Source: Planctomycetota bacterium (GTDB taxonomy: Bacteria; Planctomycetota; PLA2; JAEUHO01). From it: a stretch of 64,000 nucleotides of DNA. The notes under the pieces were generated by a model. It ran no database searches, was not told the DNA's origin, and saw only the letters and a list, made by a program, of their open reading frames with translations. The number at the start of each line of letters is the position of its first letter. Positions within the stretch are counted from its first letter, which is position 1. Below, piece by piece: positions 56,426 to 64,000 of the stretch. The stretch lies in assembly GCA_965223505.1 (NCBI GenBank), contig CBDCWP010000040.1, positions 1 to 64,000 of the forward strand. The letters are read 5' to 3'. The position numbers and the translations under genes are program-made.

Positions 56426-57913
56426 CTACGCCTGGCGGAAGATGCCCGTGAGGTTGGAGTCGAGACCGGCCCGGAACACCAGGATGCCGTTCGCGACGCT
56501 GTAGCCGAACGCGGCGACGAACGGCGCGAAGTTGTCACCGTTGGGCGCCGGATCACCGTCCGCGGCGATCACGAACGGGCCGAAGGACGCGAAGATCCAG
56601 AACAAGCCGCTGCGGGCGTTCGAGAGCACGTTGGCGAAGGCGAACGACGCGTCGCGCGAGACCTGGTGATAGAGGCGCGAGCTGAGCCCCGGGAACACCG
56701 AGCTGTATGTCGTGCCCACCCCGAACTGCGCCGGCGCCGCGCGCACGTTGGAGATCGATGGGAACGGCGGCAACGACAGGTTCGTGATGACGAACGCCGA
56801 GAACGTGACCGGCGGCGCGCCGTTCACATCCGCGGTGAACTGGGGGATCACGGTGTCCGGCGACATGTCGAGCAGGTCGATCTGCCCGTACGTGCCCGAG
56901 CTGCCGGCGATGGCCAGCCCGGTGCGCACCAACAGCTGCACGGCGGTGTTGTTGCCGATGAAGACGAGATCGTCGTTGGCCGAGTCGGATCCCGTCGCGG
57001 CCCAGACGACGGAGCCGGAGCCGTACACGACCAGCGGTCCGCCGCTGTAGACGTCGTCCACGGTTCCGCCGGTCGGCAGCGCCTCGCCGGCGGAAAGCAC
57101 CTCGTCGAGCGGTACCTGGCCCGGTGCGGTCACGTACAGCCGCTCGACGCCGCCGACGACGGACGCCACGAACGCGACCTGCGTCCCCAACCGGTCGATG
57201 CCGAAGACCGTCAGCGTGTCCAGCGTCTGCGCGCCCGGCAGAGCGTCGCCCTCGCCGATCGTGCGCGTGATGCCGCTGCCGTCGCACTCGATCGAGAAGA
57301 GATCGGTCTCGCCGTTGTCCAGGTTGGCGAGGAAGAAGAACGTGGCGCCTTCGTCGACCTTCGCCTCGTCCGAGTCGAGCGCGAACAAGGCGCCCGTCGC
57401 CGGCGGCAACGCGTCGCCGTCGTAGACGACGTCGTGGATCTGCGTCACGGCGCCCGCGAGCGTCACGACCGCGGACAGCACCCCGAAGGTGCGGCCGCCC
57501 GTATTCGGATTGAGCACGACGTAGGCGACGACCTTGCCGCCCGGGCGCACCCAGACGCGGCCGAAGTCGGCGATCGTCTCGTCTCCGGCGTCCGGGACGG
57601 CCTCGCCGACCGCGAACACCTCGACGAGGCCGGCGCCCGGCAGCGCGGCGTACAGCACGGAGGTCTTCGTCGCGTGCGTCGTCGGCGCGACGAACACGGA
57701 GAAGCCGTCGTCGGCGGCATCCATGCGCGGCTGCGTCGGGAACGCGCCGAAGACCCCGCCGCCGTTCGGAATCGGATCGCCCTCGACGGCCAGCGCCACG
57801 AGCACGCCGGGCAGGCCGGGCACCGTGCCGGCATCGCCGCCACCGCCGCCGCAGGCCGGCAAGAGCGCCGCCGACGCCAGCAAGACCGCGAACAGCGCAG
57901 TGGAGACTCTCAC
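56426..57913 (-). CDS. Lipoprotein with tandem beta-rich repeats (probable beta-propeller)
   Basis: GAGGAGG RBS, GTG start, lipobox LPA-C + GGGGG. Recurrent 'a.eGd.lP.gg' units (VEGDPIPNGGG, YDGDALPP, GEGDALPG, AGEALPTGG, ADGDPAPNG). Confidence 0.7.
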   Translation of the reverse strand: MRVSTALFAVLLASAALLPACGGGGGDAGTVPGLPGVLVALAVEGDPIPNGGGVFGAFPTQPRMDAADDGFSVFVAPTTHATKTSVLYAALPGAGLVEVFAVGEAVPDAGDETIADFGRVWVRPGGKVVAYVVLNPNTGGRTFGVLSAVVTLAGAVTQIHDVVYDGDALPPATGALFALDSDEAKVDEGATFFFLANLDNGETDLFSIECDGSGITRTIGEGDALPGAQTLDTLTVFGIDRLGTQVAFVASVVGGVERLYVTAPGQVPLDEVLSAGEALPTGGTVDDVYSGGPLVVYGSGSVVWAATGSDSANDDLVFIGNNTAVQLLVRTGLAIAGSSGTYGQIDLLDMSPDTVIPQFTADVNGAPPVTFSAFVITNLSLPPFPSISNVRAAPAQFGVGTTYSSVFPGLSSRLYHQVSRDASFAFANVLSNARSGLFWIFASFGPFVIAADGDPAPNGDNFAPFVAAFGYSVANGILVFRAGLDSNLTGIFRQA

Positions 57914-58003
57914 GACATCCTCCTCAATGCAGGTCGGCGCCTGCCGTCGCCCCACCGGGATCACGCGGCCGAGCGGGCCGCCAGAGGTCGCGCGCGGCGC
58001 CCC

Positions 58004-59056
58004 CTACTTGAAGCTCTCGTTGATCTCGTCGAGCTGTTCGCGTGTCGGGCGCACCTTCTCCAGCGGCAGCGTGGCGAGCGGCTCGTCCGGCAGCTCGGCC
58101 ACGTCGGGCATGGTCGGCACGTCCGGGTCGACGTAGATGAGCCCCGTGAGGAACTCGTCTTCGTTCTGGTAGTCGCGGGCGAGCAGGTCGAGCGCGGCCT
58201 GCTTGTCGCGCGGATCGTGGTTCTCTTCCTCGAGGCGGCGAATCCAGACACTGCCGCCGTCGGGCATCGGAACCGAGACGGCCTCGCCGTCCTTGAACTC
58301 CTGCTCGGGCTGCTCCCAGTACGGCACGAAGCCGACCTCGTGGACGGCGCCTTCGTGGTCGCGGCCCCAGTCGTACGACTTCGTGGAGCCCTCGTGGTTG
58401 TTGAACGTGACGCAGGGGCTCATCACGTCGAGCATGCAGGTGCCGCCGTAGGCGATCGCCGCCTTGAGGATCTGCAGGAGCTGCTTGCGGTCCGCGGAGA
58501 ACGAGCGCGCCACGAACCCGCAGCCGAGGCTGATCGCCATCGCGCACAGGTCGATGGCCGGCAGGTCGTTGAGCGTGCCGTTCTTGAGCTTGCTGCCCTC
58601 GTCGGCGGTCGCCGAGAACTGGCCCTTGGTGAGTCCGTAGACGCCGTTGTTCTCGACCACGTAGATGCACGGGACGTTGCGGCGCATCATGTGGACGAAC
58701 TGGCCCATGCCGATGGACGCGGTGTCGCCGTCACCCGAGATGCCGATGCTCACGAGCTGCCGGTTGGCCATGTTCACGCCCGTCGCGATGGACGGCATGC
58801 GCCCGTGGACGGAGTTGAACCCCCAGGCGCCGTTCAGGAAGTAGGCCGGGGTCTTCGACGAGCACCCGATGCCCGAGAGCTTGGCGACCATGTGCGGCTC
58901 GACGCCCATCTCGTAGAACGCCGAGATGATCGTGTTTGTGATGACGTCGTGTCCGCAGCCCTTGCAGAGCGTGGACTGTCCGCCGCGGTACTCCTGGACC
59001 GTCAGACCGATGCGATTCGTCTTCGGTCCCGGTTTCTTGGCAGCCGGCGCGGTCAT
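58004..59056 (-). CDS. korB: 2-oxoacid:ferredoxin oxidoreductase beta subunit
   Basis: STLCKGCGH, SGIGCSSK, HGRMP, SGDGD, ENNGVYGLTKGQFSAT, SPCVTFNN. Confidence 0.95.
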   Translation of the reverse strand: MTAPAAKKPGPKTNRIGLTVQEYRGGQSTLCKGCGHDVITNTIISAFYEMGVEPHMVAKLSGIGCSSKTPAYFLNGAWGFNSVHGRMPSIATGVNMANRQLVSIGISGDGDTASIGMGQFVHMMRRNVPCIYVVENNGVYGLTKGQFSATADEGSKLKNGTLNDLPAIDLCAMAISLGCGFVARSFSADRKQLLQILKAAIAYGGTCMLDVMSPCVTFNNHEGSTKSYDWGRDHEGAVHEVGFVPYWEQPEQEFKDGEAVSVPMPDGGSVWIRRLEEENHDPRDKQAALDLLARDYQNEDEFLTGLIYVDPDVPTMPDVAELPDEPLATLPLEKVRPTREQLDEINESFK

Positions 59057-60894
59057 GACGCGCTCCCTTCCTGCGAGAGGATCTCATCGGTGACGGTGCG
59101 GGCGTCCAACGGCAACCCGCCGTAGTAGCGAACCGAACGAAGGCGCGACACGAGCTCCGGGAACTCCGTCTGCAGCATCGTGCGCATCTGTCCGTCACGG
59201 TTCTGCTCGACGACGTACACCCGCTCGTGCGCCAGCACCCACTCGCGAATCGAATCGGCGAACGGGAACCCGCGAATCCGCAGGTAGTCCACGTCCAGGT
59301 TGTTCTCGTTGCGCAGCTGATCGCGCGACTCTTCGACGGCGTCGTCGCTCGTCCCGAACGCGATCACGCCGACCGGATTGCCCGACCCCTCGGTCACCGG
59401 GCCGGGGACCATCTCGGCGGCCGTCCCGAGCTTGCGCTTGAGGCGGTCCACGTTGAACGCGTACGCCTCGTCGCTCTCCGTGTAGCGGGCATACTCGTCG
59501 TGGCCCGAGCCGCGCGTGAAGTACGCGCCCTTGCCGCCGGGGGTCCCGGGCAGCGTCCGATAGGGAATGCCGTCGCCGTCCACGTCCTTGTAGCGGCCCC
59601 AGTCTTCGACCTCCGCCAGACCCTTCTCGTCGAGCACCTTGCCGCGGCTGATGCCGTCCTCCGGGTACTCGAAGGGCTCGGCCATCCACAGGTTCATGCC
59701 GAGATCGAGATCCGACATGACGAACACGATGGTCTGCAGGTCCTCGGCGAGATCGAGCGCCTTGCCGGCGAACTCGTACGCCTCCTCGATGTTCGCGGGA
59801 TACAGGCACGGATGCCGCGTATCGCCGTGGGAGAGATACGCCGTCGAGATGATGTCGCCCTGCATCGTGCGCGTCGGCAGGCCCGTGCTGGGCCCCGTGC
59901 GCTGCACGTTGAAGATGACGCCGGGGATCTCCGCGTAGTAGCCGAGGCCCACGAACTCCGACATCAGGCTGATGCCGGGGCCGCTGGTGGCGGTCATGGC
60001 GCGCGCGCCGGCCCAGCCGGCGCCGATGACCATGCCGACGGCCGCGAGCTCGTCTTCCGCTTGCACGATGGCGATGTTGTTCCTGCCGGTCTCGGGATCG
60101 ACCCGGTACCTCTTCGACAGGTCGATCAGCGCTTCCGTCAGGCTGGAGGACGGCGTGATCGGATACCAGGTGGCCACGGTGACGCCGCCGAAGAGCGCGC
60201 CGATCGCGCTGGCGGTGTTGCCGTCGACGAGGATCTTGCCGGAGGTCTTGTCCATGCGCTCGACGCGGAAGCGCGGGCGGCGCGACTGGATGTTCTCCTG
60301 GGCCCACTTCAGCCCGGCCTCGACGGCCTCGAGGTTGATCGTGAGCGCCTTCGGCTTCTTCGCGAACGCCTTCTCGAGCGCCTTCTTGATCTCCTCGGGG
60401 TCGATGCCGATCAGCTCCGCCACGACGCCGACGTAGATCATGTTCACCACGAGACGGCGCAGGCTGACGACCGGGCAGATGTCCTTGACGATCTTGGAGA
60501 ACGGAACGGGATAGAAGTCCACGTCCGTCCGGAGGCCGTCCAGCCGCAGCGTCTCCTCGTAGATGACGCTGGCGCCGGGGGGCACGCCTTCGACGTCTTC
60601 CTTTGCCGTCTGGCTGTTCATGCAGACGACGACGTCGATCTCCTTGCGGCGCGCGGTGTAGCCGTCCGCATTGGCGCGGATGGTGAACCACGTCGGCAAG
60701 CCGGCGATGTTGCTCGGGAAGAGGTTCTTCCCTGAGACGGGAATCCCCATCTGGAAGATGGCACGCAGAAGGGTCTGGTTGGCCGTTTGGCTACCGGACC
60801 CGTTGACGGTCGCAACCTGAATGGACAGCCGGTTGACGATCGGCTCCGCGTGTGCCGTCGGAGTGGACTCCGATGCGGTACTGGGCTCGGTCAT
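59053..60894 (-). CDS. korA: 2-oxoacid:acceptor oxidoreductase alpha subunit (gamma-alpha fusion)
   Basis: TVNGSGSQ, WYPITPSS, QAEDELAA, TSGPGISLM.E, QRTGPSTGLPTRT.QGD, VVEQNRDGQM. Confidence 0.95.
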   Translation of the reverse strand: MTEPSTASESTPTAHAEPIVNRLSIQVATVNGSGSQTANQTLLRAIFQMGIPVSGKNLFPSNIAGLPTWFTIRANADGYTARRKEIDVVVCMNSQTAKEDVEGVPPGASVIYEETLRLDGLRTDVDFYPVPFSKIVKDICPVVSLRRLVVNMIYVGVVAELIGIDPEEIKKALEKAFAKKPKALTINLEAVEAGLKWAQENIQSRRPRFRVERMDKTSGKILVDGNTASAIGALFGGVTVATWYPITPSSSLTEALIDLSKRYRVDPETGRNNIAIVQAEDELAAVGMVIGAGWAGARAMTATSGPGISLMSEFVGLGYYAEIPGVIFNVQRTGPSTGLPTRTMQGDIISTAYLSHGDTRHPCLYPANIEEAYEFAGKALDLAEDLQTIVFVMSDLDLGMNLWMAEPFEYPEDGISRGKVLDEKGLAEVEDWGRYKDVDGDGIPYRTLPGTPGGKGAYFTRGSGHDEYARYTESDEAYAFNVDRLKRKLGTAAEMVPGPVTEGSGNPVGVIAFGTSDDAVEESRDQLRNENNLDVDYLRIRGFPFADSIREWVLAHERVYVVEQNRDGQMRTMLQTEFPELVSRLRSVRYYGGLPLDARTVTDEILSQEGSAS

Positions 60895-61051
60895 CTGGGT
60901 GTTTGCCGTTCTCGAAGGCGCGTCGCGCCTCGAAAAAACCGGCGGTCTCGAAACCGACCGCCGAACGCCGCGGATTGTACGAGCGGGGCGGACTGCGGCC
61001 CGAAAACACAGGGGGCCGTCCGGCGTTTCCGGGACGACCGCACAGCGCTGC

Positions 61052-62545
61052 TCAGCCGCCCTGCATGTGAAGACCGCGCAGCGCGTTGCGCGCCGCCCGC
61101 AGCAGCGTGCCGAGACGCTTCAAACGTTGCACCGCCGCCTCGTCGGGCGCCTCGACGGGGCCGGGCTGTACCCACGCCGCGGCCAGGTCCGGGATCGTGG
61201 TGTCGGGGCGCGTCATGCACGCAGCGAGCATCGCCGCACCCTGAGCGGGCCCTTCACGATGCGCGACCTGGCGCACCGGCACGCCCGCCGCCGCGGCGAT
61301 CAGTCCTCTCCAGAGGGAGGAGGTCGCGCCGCCGGAAGTGAGCCGCAGCTCCTCCACCTTCACGCCGGCCGCGCGCATCAGAAGCAGGACTTCGGCGATC
61401 GAGAGCGCGACGCCCTCGAGCACGGCCCGCGCGAGATGCCCGCGCGTGTGGATCGGCCGCAGCCCGACGAACGCGCCTGTCGCGAGCGGGTCGACCACGG
61501 GGCTGCGCTCGCCGACGAGTCCGGGCAGAAAGACCAACGGCGCCGGCGCGGGGTCGCTCGCACGGGCCGCCTCGATCACGTTGGCCATGGACGTGTCCCG
61601 CGCGAACGCCGTCTTGCGGATCCACTCGAGCGAACGCCCCGCCGAGAGGATCGTGCCGGTCGCCGCGTATCCGGTGGGCAGCACGTGCCGGTTCCACACC
61701 AGCCCGCCCGCCGTGCTGCGGTACTGATGCCAGCCGACGACGGTGCCGGACGTTCCGAGGATCACCGCGACCACGCCGCCGCCGACCGGGCCGCACGCCA
61801 GCGCAGCCGTCTCGTTGTCGCCCGCCCCGGCGGCGACCGGTGTCCCGACGGGGAGCCCGGTGGCCGCCGCGCCGTCCTCGTCGACGACGCCCGCCTCCTG
61901 CGCCGGAGCGTGGACGGGCGGCAGCCACGAACGCGCGAGATCGAAGATCGGTGTGAGGGTTTGCGACCACGTGTTGCGGCGGAAGTCGAACAGCTGTGTC
62001 GCCGACGCCTCCGTGCGATCGGTTGCGTACGTGCCCGTCAGGCGCAACCGGATCCAGTCCTTCGCGAAGACGAGGCGTGCGGTGCGCTCGGCGATGTCCG
62101 GATGGCGCCGCGACAGGTAGAGCCATTTCGGTAGCAACAGCCCGGGCAGCGCGTGCGCGCCCGCGCGCCGGCCGGCGGCGGGATAGATCGATCGAATTTC
62201 GTTCGCCTCCGCGTGCGCCCGTCCGTCCGCCCACAGCATCGCGCGACAGAGCGGTCGGCCGTTCGCATCGAGCGGAAGGAGTGCGTGCTTTTGCCCGGTC
62301 AAGCCCACGGCACGGATCCGCGCCTTCGGTGCGCTCGCAAGACAGCGCTGGATCGCGGCGACGGTCGCCTGCCACCAACCCTCCGCGTCCTGCTCCGCCT
62401 GCAGCGGCGCGTCCATCACCAGCTTCAGACCTTCCGCGGCCGACGCGAGCGTCGCGCCCCGCGCGTCGACGATGAGCGCCTTCACCGCCGACGTGCCGAC
62501 GTCGACGCCCAGGAAGGCCTCGTTTTTGGAGCGGCGTCCCCTCAC
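61052..62545 (-). CDS. xylB: Xylulokinase-like FGGY carbohydrate kinase
   Basis: LGVDVGTSAVK, GLTGQKH, LWADGR, KDWIRLRLTG, GAGDN, ILGTSG, GERSP, RAVLEGV, GAAMLA. Substrate not certain. Confidence 0.8.
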   Translation of the reverse strand: MRGRRSKNEAFLGVDVGTSAVKALIVDARGATLASAAEGLKLVMDAPLQAEQDAEGWWQATVAAIQRCLASAPKARIRAVGLTGQKHALLPLDANGRPLCRAMLWADGRAHAEANEIRSIYPAAGRRAGAHALPGLLLPKWLYLSRRHPDIAERTARLVFAKDWIRLRLTGTYATDRTEASATQLFDFRRNTWSQTLTPIFDLARSWLPPVHAPAQEAGVVDEDGAAATGLPVGTPVAAGAGDNETAALACGPVGGGVVAVILGTSGTVVGWHQYRSTAGGLVWNRHVLPTGYAATGTILSAGRSLEWIRKTAFARDTSMANVIEAARASDPAPAPLVFLPGLVGERSPVVDPLATGAFVGLRPIHTRGHLARAVLEGVALSIAEVLLLMRAAGVKVEELRLTSGGATSSLWRGLIAAAAGVPVRQVAHREGPAQGAAMLAACMTRPDTTIPDLAAAWVQPGPVEAPDEAAVQRLKRLGTLLRAARNALRGLHMQGG

Positions 62546-62589
62546 GCGCGCACGGTAGCCCCGACGTGCGGCGTCTACAATGCGGGGCC

Positions 62590-63540
62590 ATGTTCCGGCG
62601 GACCCTTTCAGCTCTCTTGCTCGTCGCGACCGCGGCGCCGTTGCATGGCTGCGGCGAGAAAGAGGACGTGCCGCTCCCGCCGCGCCGGCCGATCCGCATC
62701 GGCGCCGGACTCGACCAGAACACGGTGCTGCCCGACGGCCTCCGGCGCAAGACGGTGCTCACGCGCAGCTACAAGCTCGGCGAGAACACCGTCAACATGC
62801 ACGCGGAACCGTTCTCGCTGCGCCGCTTCGATCTCGAGGAGCCCGTCTGGATCGTCCGCTGGCAGTCCAACACGGAGAACGAGGACGGAACGCGCGCGCC
62901 GGACGACATCCACTGCCACACGATCATGGCGAACATGCCGGTCGTGCAGGAGGATTCGCAGCTGTTCCTCGGGCTCTTCACCGACGGGTTCGTGCCGAGG
63001 TTCGTGCTTCCGGAGGGCTTCGCGATTCGCATCGACCCGAGCGAGCGCATCTTCTTCCAGCCGATGTTCAACAACCGTCGCCCGACACCGCGGCACGCGC
63101 GCATGCGCCTCGAGGTCGACTACCTGCTCGACTCCGAGCGCAAGCGCGAGCTCGTCGCGCTGCAGTCGTTCAACATCAGTGCGCACATTCCCGAGCTCTA
63201 CTGGATCGAGCCGTACGAGACCGACACCCAGTCACGCATCATCGAGATGCCCGTTACGGGCCGCATTCACGCCATCGGCGCGCACCTGCACCCTTTCGGA
63301 AAGTCGGTGGAGCTGCGGCGCGAACGTGACCAGAAGGTGCAATTCATTGCCGTCATGGACGACGACGGTCCGATCGAAGACCAGCGGCTGAGCACGTACA
63401 GCTCGACGACGGGGTTCTTCGTTCGCCGCGGCGAGCGCTACCGCATCACCGGGGTCTACGAGAACACCTCGGAAGAACGCGTCGACGCAATGGCCGGCTT
63501 CTTCTTCCTGTACGATCCCAAGGGCAAGCCGGACGCATGA
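62590..63540 (+). CDS. Lipoprotein with copper monooxygenase (PHM/DBH)-like His/Met motifs
   Basis: Lipobox LHG-C, IHCH, GAHLHPFGK, 'YENTS...DAM' near the C-terminus, resembling Cu type II monooxygenase ligand patterns. Confidence 0.6.
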   Translation: MFRRTLSALLLVATAAPLHGCGEKEDVPLPPRRPIRIGAGLDQNTVLPDGLRRKTVLTRSYKLGENTVNMHAEPFSLRRFDLEEPVWIVRWQSNTENEDGTRAPDDIHCHTIMANMPVVQEDSQLFLGLFTDGFVPRFVLPEGFAIRIDPSERIFFQPMFNNRRPTPRHARMRLEVDYLLDSERKRELVALQSFNISAHIPELYWIEPYETDTQSRIIEMPVTGRIHAIGAHLHPFGKSVELRRERDQKVQFIAVMDDDGPIEDQRLSTYSSTTGFFVRRGERYRITGVYENTSEERVDAMAGFFFLYDPKGKPDA

Positions 63541-64000
63541 CCGCGACGCGCCGCCGCTACGTGCTGGGCGTCTCGCTGGTCGTGTTGGCCGCCGCGCTCC
63601 TCGTGCCGACTCTGCTGCGCGACAACGAGCCCAAGACGCTCGACGTCGAGACGCTTTCGATCGGCGACAGCGTATCGGCGCTGTACACGCTCACCGACCA
63701 GGACGAGCTGGAGCGCATCGAGGTCGGCGCGGGTGAAGTGTCGGTGGTGTGGTTCTGGAGTGTGTTGTGCGCGTGCGTCGGCGACTGCGAGCAACGCATC
63801 CGCACGCTGCTCGAGCGCTACGAGGGCAAGCAAGTCCGCTTCGTCGCCATCGACTCGAACCCGAACGACGCGCGCGAGGACATCGAGAGGCTTCGTAAGA
63901 AGCTCGGATCCCGGTACCCGGTGCGGCGGGACTACCACGGCGCCACGGCGATCTCGCTGGGGATCACAGCGTCGGCGTCGGTGGCCGTGATCGACGGCGA
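63537..64000 (+). CDS. Membrane-anchored redoxin/thioredoxin-fold protein (partial)
   Basis: Not in the ORF track. ATG at 63537 overlaps the upstream TGA. MTATRRRYVLGVSLVVLAAALLV...VVWFWSVLCACVGDCEQRI...VRFVAIDSN...YPVRRD, open to the window end. Confidence 0.75.
   Translation, partial: MTATRRRYVLGVSLVVLAAALLVPTLLRDNEPKTLDVETLSIGDSVSALYTLTDQDELERIEVGAGEVSVVWFWSVLCACVGDCEQRIRTLLERYEGKQVRFVAIDSNPNDAREDIERLRKKLGSRYPVRRDYHGATAISLGITASASVAVIDG

Noticed and set aside
675..60735. Many long antisense or alternate-frame ORFs (e.g. 11277..14099+, 16094..19105-, 39063..41942+, 45011..47566+, 56666..59125+)
   Set aside because: They are shadows of well-supported genes in high-GC DNA, Arg/Ala/Pro-rich with no recognisable motifs.

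Overview
GC-rich bacterial chromosome segment, mostly housekeeping genes on the minus strand. The gene content suggests Planctomycetota (inference from an HTH+TM protein, a divergent FtsQ-like protein, PilB variants and many secreted HEAT/beta-sandwich proteins). Main blocks: a type IV pilus motor cluster (pilB-pilT-pilB-pilC); ppdK; yebC-moxR-HEAT-HEAT; rplM-rpsI; a large division/cell-wall (dcw) cluster (mraZ-rsmH-ftsL-like-ftsI-murE-murF-mraY-ftsW-[M6 protease]-murG-murC-murB); SRP RNA; tRNA-Ser(GGA); korAB; and xylB. The dcw cluster has no murD, ddl, ftsA or ftsZ, and an ftsQ-like gene lies about 8 kb further downstream. The most striking observation is an MraY with intact catalytic motifs carrying a ~100-aa in-frame insertion that contains a LysM-like domain in a predicted periplasmic loop. 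Other observations: two GTAG-type REP clusters whose GTAG supplies stop codons, a second MITE-like repeat family with two covarying copies, several gene remnants, a frameshifted TPR-peptidase, and a shared N-terminal LxG motif in three membrane-anchored proteins. All protein calls come from motif recognition by eye; no database searches were run.
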